Assembly (NCBI RefSeq): GCF_044704955.1
Contig: NC_091994.1
Span: 101,060,001-101,124,000 of the forward strand
Direction of reading: 5' to 3'
DNA: 64,000 nucleotides
Origin: Pristiophorus japonicus
Taxonomy: Eukaryota
In this document: one piece after another, positions 12,106 to 24,476 of the stretch
Position numbering within the stretch: the stretch's first letter is position 1
How the letters are laid out: every line of letters begins with the position of its first letter
The notes under the pieces: generated by a model
What the model was told of the DNA's origin: nothing
Seen by the model: only the letters and a program-made list of their open reading frames with translations
Databases searched by the model: none
Made by a program: the position numbers and the translations under genes

Positions 12106-12310
12106 TGTCATGTATGTATGCTTGGGTTTACTAGCCACCAGGTGGCACCACTGTCGGAGGTCATTGGGCTGTGCGCATGTGTGTGCGGCCCAGGTATAAA
12201 AGCCTAGCCATCTTGTAATGTAATCACTTTGGGCCCTAATAAAGTAGAGCCAGGTTATACCTGTTTGGAGTTTACAGTATTCAGTCTATTGAGTTATTGC
12301 ATACACAACA
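12106..12310 (+). repeat. 5' LTR
   Basis: 205 bp, TATAAA and AATAAA inside, about 10 differences from the 3' LTR by eye. Confidence 0.95.
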
Positions 12311-12312
12311 TT

Positions 12313-12323
12313 TGGCGACGAGG
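12313..12323 (+). other. Primer-binding site, probably tRNA-Ser(GCT)
   Basis: TGGCGACGAGG, 2 nt after the LTR, complementary to the ...CCTCGTCG-CCA 3' end of vertebrate tRNA-Ser(GCT). Confidence 0.75.
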
Positions 12324-12347
12324 TAACAAGAACATTCACATGCAAAA

Positions 12348-15300
12348 ATGAGCACAATTGGAATTCTGGAGCGATTTGTGGAACGAGAAGATTGGGTAGA
12401 CTTTATAGACCGCTTGAACCAGTATTTCGTGGCCAACAAAATGAAGGAAGAAGCAGATTCAGTTTGGCGCGGGGCGATCCTCCTCACGGTTTGCGGTCCG
12501 AAAATCTATGGACTCATAAAGAATCTCCTCTCGCCCTTAAATCCAATGGACAAGGACTATGAAACATTGTGTGCTCTGGTAGGTGGCCATCTCAAACCAG
12601 ATGAAGGCATCATCATCTCAAGATATCGATTCCATACGCACGTTTGTTCTGAGGGCCAGGATGTTTTGGAATTCGTTGCCGACCTAAGATGTCTAGCTGG
12701 ACCGTGTAAGTTCGAAACTGCATTGGCAGATATGCTGGCGGGACTTCTTTGTAATTGGCATCAACCACAAGGTGATCCTGCATAAGCTACTGGCGGCAGA
12801 GACGCTGATTTGAGCAAGGCCATCCGGATTGCCCAATCATGCATGACGACAGACAAAAGCTTAAAGCAGATATCATTGAAAAATCGGAATTCGGCAAGTA
12901 CTGTAAACAAGATAGTATTGTCGTTTGGCAGAGCTGCATATGGCAGGGCTTACCCGAATGCGTACACGAAACCTGTAGCTGCTCAAAGTCCACCAATGGG
13001 AATGAATCCGATATCACCGTGGTGGCGTTGTGGGGGAAATCATCGGCATCATCAGTGTTGGTTTAAACAGTATATTTGTAAAGGCTGTCCGAGATTGGGG
13101 CATCTCCAGCGCATGAGTCCACAACTGAGCAAGCGTGCTGCGACACACCACGTGAAGGATGATGACCAGTCTAGCGCAGATCCGGATATGCAATCCGAGA
13201 TAGCAGTGAAGGAAGTGCATGGACTGTATTTGTTCCTAACAAAGAGCCAACCGATAATGATTAATGTAAATCTTAATGGTGTGCCAGTATCGATGGAATT
13301 GGACACGGGTGCGAATCAATCAATAATGAACCAGAGGACATTCGACAGGCTGTGGGATACTAAGGCTGTGAAGCCTAAGCTGAGTCCAGTCAATGCCAAG
13401 TAGCGCACATACACTAAAGAATTCATAACGGTGATTGGCAGTACAGTAATCAAGGTGTCGCATGATGGTGTGGTTCACGATTTACCATTATGGATTGTTC
13501 CAGGCTAAGGTCCAACGCTGTTCGGCAAGAACTGGTTAGAAAAAATCAAATGGAACTGGAACGAGCTGGATCTGACGTCGGCCTACATGACACAGGAGCT
13601 GGTCGACACGTCGCAGAAACTTACGTGCATAAACACTCATAAAGGACTGTTGATCTACAACAGGTGCCCTTTTGGAATTCGCTCGGCTACAGCCATATTT
13701 CAAAGGAACATGGAGAGTCTACTGAAGTCCGTCCCCAGGACCGTCGTGTTCCAAGATGACATGCTGGTCACAGGTCGTGACTCCAACGAACATGTGAACA
13801 ACCTGGAAGAGGTTCTACATCGTCTGGACAAAGTGGGACTCAGACTGAAATGCTCGAAGTGCGTCTTCATGGCACCGGAAGTCAAATTCCTGGGGAGGAA
13901 AATTGTTGCTGACCGTATCAGGCCTACAGACTCGAAAACAAAGGCTATCAAAAATGAACCCAAGCCTCAGAATGTGACGGAGCTGCGTTCGTTCCTTGAT
14001 CTGCTTAACTACTTCGGTAATTTTTTACCTAGATTGAGCACCTTATTAGAGCCACTGCACATGCTGCTAAGAAAAGGCGACAACTGGGTTTGGGGTGCAT
14101 CTCAAGATAGAGCTTTTGTGAAAGCTACTAATCTACTTTGCTCTAACAAGCTGCTGGTACATTATGATCCGTGCAAGTGTCTAGTATTGGTCTGTGATGC
14201 TTCGTCATATGGAGTTGGTTGCGTGCTCCAACAAGCTAATGAGTCGGGCAAATTACAACCTGTTGCATAAGCTTCAAAAGGTTTGTCAAAGGCGGAAAGA
14301 GCCAACAGCATGGTAGAGAAAGAAGCACTAGCCTGTGTGTATGGGGTTAAAAAGATGCATCAGCACCTGTTTGGTCTTCGGTTTGAACTAGAAACAGATC
14401 ACAAGCCACTCATTTCATTGTTTTTGGAAAACAAAGGTATCAATACCAATGCATCGTCCCGCATCCAGAGGTGGGCGCTGACATTATCTGCCTATGATTA
14501 TGTCATTCGCCATAGACCTGGCACTGAGAATTGTGCCGATGCATTGAGCCGTCTGCCGTTGCCCACACCGAAGGTGGAAATGCCACAACCGGCAGACCTA
14601 CTGTTAGTCATGGGTGCTTTTGAAAGTGAAGGAACCCCTGTCACGGCCTAACAAGTTAAGACCTGGATCAGCCAGGACCCAATATTATCGGTTGTGAAAC
14701 ATTGTATCCTTAGTGGTGATTGGTCTGCCGTACCCAAGCAAATGTGTGAGAGACCAAACCTTTTACATCCATCGCAAAGACGAATTAGCCATTCAATCAG
14801 ATTGTATACTGTGGGGTAATCGTGTTGTTATGCCCAAGAAAGGCAGAGAGAAATTTGTGCATGATCTACATAGCACGCATCCCGGTATTGTCACGATCAA
14901 AGCCATTGCCAGGTCTCATGTATTATGGCGTGGAATTGACTCTGAGCTGGAATCATGCGTGCATCAGTGTAACACTTGCATGCAGTTTAGTAAAGTACCA
15001 GCGGAATCGCCACTGAGTCTGTGGTCATGGCCATCTAAACCAAGGTCCAAGATCCACATCGACTTTGCAGGTCCCTTCCGAGGAAAGATGTTCTTAGTTG
15101 TGGTGGATGCTTATTCCAAGTGGATAGAGTGTACAATCATGTCATCCAGCACATCCACAGCTACGATTGAGAGCCTTCGTGTCATATTTGCTGCGCATGG
15201 TCTGCCTGACATCATTGTAAGTGACAACGGATCTTGCTTCACCAGTATGAAGTTTCAAGAGTTCATGAAACCCAATGATATCAAACATGTGAGGTCAGCA

Positions 15301-15987
15301 CCATTCAAACCCGCATCCAATGGACAAGCAAAGCGTGCGGTCCAAACCATCAAGCAGAGTATGAAACGTATAACTCAAAGTTCACTGCAAACTCGCTTGT
15401 CACGCATATTGCTTAATTACAGGACAAGATCCCATATGCTTACCGGCGTCTCCCCTGTTGAACTATTGATGAAGAGAAGTCTGAAGACCAGGCTCTCTCT
15501 TGTCCACGCTGACTTGAATAATCGTGTCGAATACAGACATCAAAATCAGCAGTGGTATCATGATCACACAACTGTGTCACGTGACATTTCTATCAATGAT
15601 CCTGTGTATGTACTGAATTATGGTCAAGGTCCCAAATGGATTGCCGGTACTATTACGGCCAAGGAGGATAACAGAGTGTTTATCGTTAAGCTCAAGAATG
15701 GGCAGACATGCAGGAAATGTGTCGATCAGATAAAGCTGTGGCACACGGATGAACTGAAACAGTCTGAGGAAGACACAATCAGTGACCACCAACCTACCCT
15801 CAGTCATCAGAGGACTCCGCTGTCATCAATGAATCTGGACTTTCAATCCCTGACGTGGTTATTGCCACTCCGATCAGATCGGCCCCAGCCCCCAGTCATA
15901 ACAGACTCAGAACACTCGCCTCGGACTTGCGTTGAACTGAAACATTCAACTCGGGAGCGGAAAGTCCCGGACCGTCTCAATTGGTAA
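12348..15987 (+). pseudogene. gag-pol polyprotein pseudogene (Gag, two Zn knuckles, protease, RT, RNase H, integrase)
   Basis: EDWVDFIDRLNQYF (Gag), degenerate double CCHC, MELDTGA (protease), RCPFG and FQDD (RT), CDASSYG/EKEALA/TDHKPL (RNase H), HHCC plus IHIDFAGP/SDNG (integrase). Several stops and frameshifts. Confidence 0.95.
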
Positions 15988-16020
15988 AAAGACCATTATT
16001 AATATCTTAAAGAGGGATAT

Positions 16021-16226
16021 TGTCATGTATGTATGCTTGGGTTTACTAGCCACCAGGTGGCACCACTGTCGGAGGTCATTGGGCTGTGCGCACGTGTGTG
16101 CGGCCCAGGTATAAAAAGTCAGCCATCTTGTAATGTAATCACTTTGGGCCCTAATGAAGTAGAGCCAGGTTTGTACCTGTTCAGAGTTTACAGTATTCAG
16201 TCTATTGAGTTATTGCATACACAACA
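16021..16226 (+). repeat. 3' LTR
   Basis: 206 bp, preceded by the purine tract AAAGAGGGA and followed by TSD GGTCA. Confidence 0.95.
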
Positions 16227-16999
16227 GGTCACTCACCAGACAACGATCAGGTGTGCGGTTGACTTTTCTCCTTCTTCGGTGAGGAACACTAAGGTCAATG
16301 GTAGTGCCCCAAATGCAACTTTAGCTAAAATAAGCTAACAGCACTGACCAGGGACCTAAAAGTGGGCAGCCCTTCCTGATCTCCATAGCTCAGTGCCACA
16401 TCCTAATGGATGGCATATCTGACAAGCCATGAGAACTTCTCCCCTTAGGCTGCATTTACACTGCCAGTTTAGCACTGCTGTGAAGTGATATCACCTTCTA
16501 GGATCGATTATTCCAATCCCTACCCTCCATAAATTGCACCTCATTCAAAGCTTTGCTGCATAATGGTGCGATCTTGCACCAAGTCCTGCTTACCCAACAC
16601 TCTTGTCCTGGCAGACCTGGTCCTCAAACAGTTCAACATTAAAATTCTTGTCCTTGTCTTTAAATCCTTCCATTGCAGAGATGAAAATTAGTGGGCGACC
16701 ACTCCTGAAACCAGATTTTTCAATCAAAAGCAAGGTGGGAATGTGGTTGGTGTTTGGGAACATGGCAGTGAGGAAATCAAAGCACTGAAATTCCTGGTGG
16801 GCCAATTGCTTCCGGCAGTGTAGTCAGCGGGACTTCTGCTCATCAATTGACCCCGATGCCAATCCTCGGGTCAGTTAGTTTGAATACTTTTGGTGGATAC
16901 CAGTGCCATTTCACCACAAGTGGGACACCCGTCCCATGGGAAGGTGGGGTTGGGGGTGCAGGGTGCTGGTGGGTGGGGTGAAAGAGGTAAGAAGCCTCT

Positions 17000-17160
17000 G
17001 ATTGTGGTTATGGTTTGCTGTGCGCAAACTGGCTGCCATGTTTCCTACCTTACACCAGTGACTACATTGCAAAAGTACTTCATTGGCTATAAAACGCTTT
17101 GGGACCTCCTGAGGTTGTGTAAGGCACTATATAAATGCAAGTCTTTCTTTCCTTTTTTTC
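17000..17160 (+). mobile_element. Deu-domain SINE 3' fragment
   Basis: TGCTGTGCGCAAACTGGCTGCC...TATATAAATGCAAGTCTTTCTTT. Confidence 0.75.
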
Positions 17161-17989
17161 ATGGTGCCTTGTCATAGCGTCCTGCAACCAGCCATGCTGG
17201 ACAAAGAAATGCCAGATGGACCAGAATTTAAAGTTGCCACTTTCCTGGCTGTGCCGCAGTCAAATGAGCTTTTAAAGAGCCTCTGGTCTCCAGTTCCGCT
17301 ACACCTCCCTCCTGGCACATACTGCAAGCCTGCTTGATACAGGTGCATAGCATTTTGGAACATCTCAGGCAGGCATCGCGAATCTTCCCCCCTTCACAAC
17401 ATGAATTTCTCTGCAGCCCTTTCAACCAACAGGAAGCCCTCAACAAATGTTCAGAAATCCAGTCACTAAAGTGTTAAAACACAATACCAGATAAATTTCT
17501 CAGGCGCGTTTTGAATGGGAACAAAATAGCTGCTACTGTAAAAAGTGCTGCATCAGCAAAAATAAATGGTTCAACTTTGTCTTTTCCCCTACGTGGCTTT
17601 TTTGAACATGATAAACCCTTCTTTCCCATGGAAATTTCTTCTCTGTAATGTGCTTTGTTTAGGAAATGCCAACCCAAGTTTCATTTAAGGTTAATCGCAA
17701 ACAAGAGAATGTAAATAGACAAAGGATATCATACACATCAGTTTTGAATGACCGTTTTCAGGCTGCATGAATAATTTAAATCATCATCACTGTATTATTC
17801 TAGCATTGGGAAAAATGCCTCTTTCTGATCCCTTTAATTCTTGTCTCATCTCTTTCATGTGTTGCAGAGCCCATTTTCTACCAATCTGAATCTGCAGTGA
17901 ACAATGAGATATATGAAGGCTGAGGAGGCTCTGAAGAATACAGCTCTTGTTGTAAACTGTGCGCGGTGACGTTGATTAATGACTGTAAG

Positions 17990-18690
17990 GACATGGACAG
18001 AATTTGTGAGAGAGCAGGAAAATTAGAGGACCTGAGGGCACCAAAGGGAGAGAAGCTGAACGAGGGGATGCCCAGCGTTTGCAGAGCGCAAGAGAAAAGA
18101 AGAGGAGAGAGCAATGTGCAGTGGGGAAGGAAAGGACAGAAGGTGAAGGAGGAGTGAATTTCTGTTAACTCACAGGGTGCAAGGAGTGAGAAAGGAAGAG
18201 AGTGAAAGAAAAAGAGTGAGGGAGAGAAAGGATGAGGGAGAGGTAGAGAGCATGAGGGAGGCAGCAAGAGAGACCGAAAGGGAAACAAATCGATAGGGGG
18301 CCAAGTGGGACATATTGAGAGTAAGAGAACAAGAAGGTGAGGTGGAAAGCGAGAGTGTGAGAGAATGAAAGAACAGGAGGGAGTGAAAGAGAATGCACAC
18401 AAAAGGTAAAGAATGTGAAGATGAAATAGCCAGGAAGGAAAAGGTGCAAGAGAGAATGCTGGAGAGAGAATGAGGGAGGAACACGATCACAGAGAGTAAA
18501 AATCAAAGCAAGAGAGAAGGAAAGTGAAAAGGAGGGCGAAAGAACATATGCCGAGAGAGAGGAGATATAGAATGAAAGAGGGATGAAGATAGCCAAATTA
18601 AAAGGGAGAAAGAGGGAAAATAAATGGCACTAAAAAATGAGATGAGATGTAAAAGAGAAAAATGCAAAGGAGAGTGAAAAAAACACCCAG
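17990..18690 (+). repeat. Long GA-rich low-complexity tract
   Basis: About 700 bp dominated by G/A; it explains the F/S/L-rich minus-strand ORFs. Confidence 0.85.
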
Positions 18691-19869
18691 AAGTCAGAGG
18701 TGACATACTGAGGGTCATAACAATTGTGTATCAGTCCCTTTCTGCACAAAATACAGAGAACTTGGCATTTTTTTCTCTTGTATTCAGGAATTCTTTTGTA
18801 AAAGTGCACTCTTCATAAAAGTGAATTGGGTAACAGACAAGTAAACAGTCCCTCACAACAGACCTGAAGTGAATAGGAAACACAGCTGCATATCCAAGTC
18901 ACAGAACCCAGGGTCACCTCAACATTCAGCTGACACTTCAAGAAAATGTCAAAGATTAGAATATACAGTTGTGTCTTGTTTAAAATGCCACACATGGGCC
19001 TGTTCCTTCATGGACCCAAGGTGCGCTGGAATCCTGCGGCAGAGATGATTTTGAGGGTGCACTGTACAGTAGGGAGGAGAAACTGAAGAATAGAAGGAAC
19101 TGAAATAAAATGTCACTTTGGAAAATGGGAAGAAGAAAATGTGGAGTTCAAGGGAGGGGTTTGGCTGTAAACATTCCCCAGACCAAAGATGCATAGGCCT
19201 TGTCTCTTGCTCTCAGGCCTTCCCAGTCCCTTTCTTCAGCTGGCTGACAGCAGGAGTGCCGCTAGTTAATTAAACTCTCTGATGTTCTTCATACCCCTCC
19301 CCCGCTCAAAGGAAGAATCTCCTCTGTGGTCATTACATCCTTGAATGGCCAGAACTAAGATTTAGGGAATGATCACGCATGTCAAATTGACTGGAGATGG
19401 ATCTTGCACCTGGCTACATGTGGCAGAGCGGTGTCAAAGCTTTCATCATCAAGGCCACACAGGTATGTACCCTGGAACCTTGGGGCCCACCAGTAAAGTT
19501 AAATTCCCAGAGATCTTCGATTGCTGATAGTAAAAGGTCTCAGCATTTTAATTTAGGATTTGAGGCAATAACATTAAAAAGAAACATTTCCAAACCTCCA
19601 GACCCAAAGAATTCAAACAACAAGCCTGCAAATAAGAAATGCAAGTGCAAATTGGGCTGATCTGCCCAGCCTTTGAGGGCCAGATTTACAGGGCTGGGAG
19701 GCCGCAGGTTAAACATCCGTTTTGTAGACTATCACTGCAGTAACATACTGCATTACTCTGCCACACAATGGGAGCTCTTTCATTAGGCTTTGCAGTTAAT
19801 GGTTTTATCTTGTTTCCTGCATAAACTTCCAGAAGCCAACCAGAAGGCCTCAAATTCAACATCTGCTCT

Positions 19870-20200
19870 GTGCTGAGGTAGCTCGTCTCAGCCTGAGGTA
19901 ACAGTTGGCTTTAGTGCCCCCTGGAGTGGGATGAGGAAACCAAATATCAGCACTTCTGATCACTATCCAGCGGCCTGTGTGTGCATGTGTGGGGAAATGG
20001 TAGTGTGTGTGTACCTGTGTTTGTATGGGCATGGATGTCAGATGATAGTAAGTTTTAAGGTTCTGGCTGTGATGCCCACCACAGTCAAATTGCACGATAC
20101 TCGATCCTCTGATCGATTTTATTTTAACGCCAGGAGGACTGCTGATTGGAAGATCCAGGCCTCCACGTCAAGGCTCACATTTGCCCATTGAGGGGTGGTT
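19870..20200 (+). mobile_element. Family X old SINE-like copy
   Basis: CTGTGCTGAGGTAGCT, CTGATCACTATCCAG, GGCTGTGATGCC and AGGCTCACA motifs. Confidence 0.5.
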
Positions 20201-20253
20201 TTGGATAGCAGTCTATGCATGTGGCTTTCAGGGGAGGAAAAATAAAATATTAC

Positions 20254-20932
20254 GGGGTGGAAATTGCCCTCTGCCCCAAATAGGGTGCGCATTCCATTTT
20301 TTAAGTGTTCTGTCTGGCCCAGTGCATCGGGCGGACAATCCAGGGAAATTCAGCTCTTTTGTTTTTTTTTGGAGCGGAGCGCATGTGGGATGGTCAGCGG
20401 GGCGGAAGTGTGGGTGGGACGGTTGTAGTTCCGAGTCGTCAGCCTTCAGTTAAAGGGGAGGACCACTGGGAAATCTGCAGCCACTTTAGTGGCAAACACC
20501 GAGCCACCGGGGTGGGTTTTGGCCAGAACCAGTGGCCACCATTGTCGGGCTGACCTAGTGGTCAGCCGACAATTAAAATAAAATGGCGGCCGCGGCAGTG
20601 CGCCCTCCCCTTTAAGCGCAGTCGCGCCGCCCAGCCACATGAAGCTTCCCACCGGGGAAAGCTGTCAGGGGCACCGAGCGGCAGCCGATCCGATCCCGCG
20701 GGGCAATTTCCCATGGGGCAATTTCTCGTGTGGGGCGGAAAGGGTGTCGTCTCCGGTCGGTAAGGGGTCAGCGTATGCCCAACGGGGCAGGATGATGGGC
20801 GGGGCGATCCCATACACTGCTCCAAAAATAAAGGAGGGCAATTTTCAAAATGGCGGCCTCTCCATGCCGACTGAGCGGTGAGTCCTTACCGACATGTGGT
20901 CAGCTCTTATAGAAAGGGGCAATTTCGGCCTC
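20254..20932. mobile_element. GC-rich Harbinger-type MITE
   Basis: Imperfect TIRs GGGGTGGAAATTGCCC / GGGCAATTTCGGCCTC (13/16), 3-bp TSD TAC, internal GGGGCAATTT repeats. Confidence 0.85.
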
Positions 20933-21454
20933 TACAGTGACAGCTTTTTATTCCCTCCCTGACCAATTTTCTCCTGTCCTCTGAAGGGGATGACTCCTGC
21001 AGGGGTATAAATCCACAGGCCCTGCTTATGCAATGAGGTCGTTCCACTGTAGTGCGGAAAACGTGAGGTAAACCGATGCAAAATTATTGCAATCCACAGG
21101 GCTGAGCGACATAGACTGCCATGTCTGCGGATTACTGAACTACGTACTTTCTGTTTTGGGAGAACGAATTCTGTGCACCATTCTGCTGCTTTTATATTTT
21201 GAGTGGAATGTTTGCCCTTTATTTTCTCTCCTCCTTTCCTGAAGGTGCCGTCTCTTTCTAGGGTCCAGTCGCACAGAGGCCAACAGGCCTCATTCTAGTA
21301 GTCATTTTGTTGTGTGTGAGCCCAGGCAATGAGTGTTGATGGGCTACTCAACTGTGGGGGGCAACCTGCCCTCATCAGCTTGACAGCTTACCCATGCAGC
21401 TCGGAATTGTAAATCAGGAACAGGAAGATGTCAAAAGTGACCTTCCGGGCCTGG

Positions 21455-21930
21455 GTCAGTTATCGCCTGTGCCGCAAGTCCTGTCCCCGACGTGGAACTG
21501 CCCTGTGCGCCCCTCAAACGGGGCGAAGCGCTGTCTCAGTCTCTCCACCACCTTGAAGGGGCGCTCCCGGCCAGTGGCCCAGCACTCAAATAGGAGTGCT
21601 GGGCTGCATGATGGTGGCCTGCTCGAGACGAGGGCCACCATTATCGCGCCTACGGAACAGTCGGCGACAGAAAAAGAATGTTGGCCTGGGGTGCATACGA
21701 CCTCCCCTTTAAGGGGCACCCCAGGCGGATGTCAGCACCCCGTGAAGCCAGTCTCGCGTCCCATGGGGTGCAAAGGGGTTGGCGCAGGACGGTGAGGGGT
21801 CGGTGCGCATAGCGCTAACATTAAATCGCCCCCAAAATCTTGGGGCAATTTTGCCCCAGGCGCAATCAGCAAAAGGCAATTGCGCCCCTTTAACGCTAAC
21901 ACGACGCAAAAAAGGGAGAATTTCAGCCCC
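21455..21930. mobile_element. GC-rich Harbinger-type MITE fragment (one terminus)
   Basis: Right end GGGAGAATTTCAGCCCC resembles the other GGGG-N2-GAAATT termini; no left TIR found. Confidence 0.55.
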
Positions 21931-22724
21931 CTTGTGTCTGGATGGCTGAAGATTTTTCTTTCTTCTTCCACATTGGCTGAAATCTTTAAATCCTTTCTGA
22001 TTGGTCAGAGGGAGGACTACAATAACCAATCATATTGCACAAGCAATCCTATGATTGGTGAGGTTAAAGAAAGCTATTATAGGCAAGCACATTCCAGAGA
22101 AAAATAAAATAAAATTGACCTCCAGATATTACCTCAGCATCAAGTCTCATTGAATGAAACCTATGTAGACCTAGATACAGTGCAGGGTTCATCCCTGTGT
22201 AAGAAAAACCTTTCAAGAATCGATAATATTAATGGCATTTGCAATCATTCAAAAACATTAATTATGCATTTAAAGAGCATAAATGAATTGCTATAAATAA
22301 ATTTATACAGATGTACTCTTAGATAATTTCATATAAATTGAGTCCGTCACACACCATATGTAAAACTCCATTTGTCACGCCCCAGACATTAACTCTCCTC
22401 TCCTCCCTCCCGCAAACGTCACTTCCAACACATCACACGTCAGACGTCAGACTTTTTTCTCTGACCTTGGGGAGAAGCCAGGGATTTACAACCAGCTGCC
22501 AATCTACAGGGAAGCAATTACCCTCTAATTGACCTTATGCGTCCAATAGAAATTACCTGCTAATTGACCTCTGGATGAGCCTATTCCTCAGCAATTCGAC
22601 CTTCTGGCCTCAAAGAGACACGCTTTAGCAGCAGAATAATACACGGCTCATTGAATGGTGCATTGTCCTTATGAAACAGTGTAACCTCTGACTTACAGCA
22701 AGCAACAGCACTGCAGTTCCGCTT

Positions 22725-23853
22725 ACATAGAAACAAAAGAAAATAGGTGCAGGAGTAGGCCATTCGGTCCTTCAAGCCTGTACTACCATTCAATATGATC
22801 ATGGCTGATCATGCAACTTCAGTACCCCATTCCTGCTTTCTCTCCATACCCCTTGATCCCTTTAGCCATAAGGGCCACATCTAACTCCCTTTGGAATATA
22901 TCTAACGAAGAGGCCTCAACAACTTTCTGTGGTAGAGAATTCCACAGGTTCACAATTTTCTGAGTGAAGAAGTTTCTCCTCATCTCGGTCATAAATGGCT
23001 TACCCCTTATCCTTAGACTGTGACTCCTGGTTCTGGACTTCCCCAACATCGGGAACATTCTTCCTGCATCTAACCTGTCCAATCCTGTCAGAATTTTATA
23101 TGTTTCTATGAGATCCCCTCTTATTCTTCTAAATTCCAGAGAATATAAGCCTAGTCGATCCAGTCTTTCTTCATATGTCAGTCCTGCCATCCTGGGAATC
23201 AGCCTGGTGAACCTTCGCTTCACTTCCTCAATAGCAAGACTGTCCTTCCTCAGATTAAGAGACCAAAACTGTACACAATATTCAAGGTGTGGCCTCACCA
23301 AGGCCCTGTACAACTGCAGTAAGACCTCCCTGCTCCTATGCTCAATTCCTCTCGCTTTGAAGGTCAACATGCCATTTGCCTTCTTCACCGCCTGCTGTAC
23401 CTGCATGCCAACTTTCAATGACTGATGTACCAGGACACCCAGGTTTCATTGCACCTCCCCTTTTCCTAATCTGTCACCATTCAGATAATATTCTGCCTTC
23501 CTGTTTTTGCCACCAAAGTGGATAACCTCACATTTATCTAAATTATACTGCATCTGCCATGCATTTGCCCACTCACCGAACCTGTCCAAGTCACCCTGCA
23601 GCCTCTTAGCATCCTCCTCACAGCTCACACCGCCACCCAGCTTAGTGTCATCTGCAAACTTGGAGATATTACATTCAATTCCTTCGTCTAAATCATTAAT
23701 GTATATTGTAAATAGCTGGGGTCCCAGCACTGAACCTTGCAGTACCCCACTAGTCACTGTCTGCCATTCTGAAAAGGACCCATTTATTCCTACTCTGTTT
23801 CCTGTCTGCCAACCAGTTCTCTTTCCACATCGATACCTCACCCCAAATACCAT
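22725..23853 (-). mobile_element. CR1 LINE, 5'-truncated (RT C-half plus 3' UTR)
   Basis: QGSVLGP, KFADDTKL, RPHLEYCVQFW and FFTQKIVNLWNSLP, with a CTATGT-type tail. Confidence 0.95.
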
Positions 23854-23884
23854 TAATTAATTAATTGTAAATTAGTAAATTCAA

Positions 23885-24290
23885 GAAAGAAAGACTCGCA
23901 TTTATATAGTGCCTTTCATGACCTCAGGATGTCCCAAAGCGTTTTAAAGTCAATGAAGTACTTTCAAAGTGTAATCACTGTTGTAATGTAGGAAAATGCA
24001 GCAGCCAATTTGCGCACAGTAAGGACCCACAAACTGCATTGTGAAAACACACAGATAATCTGTTTTAGTGATGTGGTTGAGCGATTAATATTGGCCAGGA
24101 CCGGGGAGAACTCCCCTACTTTTCTTCCGTGGGATCTTTTATGTCAGCTGAGAGGGCAGACGGGGACTCGGTTTAACGTCTCATTCGAAAGACAGACCCC
24201 CCCCCCGACAGTGCAGCACTGACTCAGTACTGCACAGGAGTGTCAGTCTAGATTATGTGCTCAAGTCTCTGGAGTGGGGCTTGAACCCTC
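23885..24290 (-). mobile_element. Deu-domain SINE (SacSINE1-like)
   Basis: Tail, Deu core and B-box part of the head. Confidence 0.85.
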
Positions 24291-24476
24291 TAAATATATA
24301 AATATTAGTATCTCAGCTATGCACCCAGCACATTGCTACATGTTCTGTTGGCTGTGACCCTTTGATAAAACCTCCGACCACAAATAAACAATTAATTGTT
24401 ATTAAATTCAGGTCATGAGCAACAGAACATCAATGACTTATATTGAAAAGTATTCGCCTAACAGCTACTTACAGTG

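Larger units (their letters stand above)
12106..16226 (+). mobile_element. Ty3/Gypsy LTR retrotransposon (Mag-like), two LTRs, defective
   Basis: TG...CA LTRs at 12106-12310 and 16021-16226, perfect 5-bp TSD GGTCA, PBS and PPT present, order gag-PR-RT-RH-IN. Inserted into a family X SINE. Confidence 0.97.

Noticed and set aside
17868-17965. Possible terminal coding exon EPIFYQSESAVNNEIYEG*
   Set aside because: Only an acceptor-like site supports it; there is no recognisable homology or partner exon.
17878-18718. Cluster of F/S/L-rich minus-strand ORFs
   Set aside because: Artefact of the GA-rich low-complexity tract.
20181-22029. CpG-island or promoter appearance with several ORFs
   Set aside because: The GC-rich blocks coincide with TIR/TSD-bounded MITEs, and the ORFs have no coding signature.
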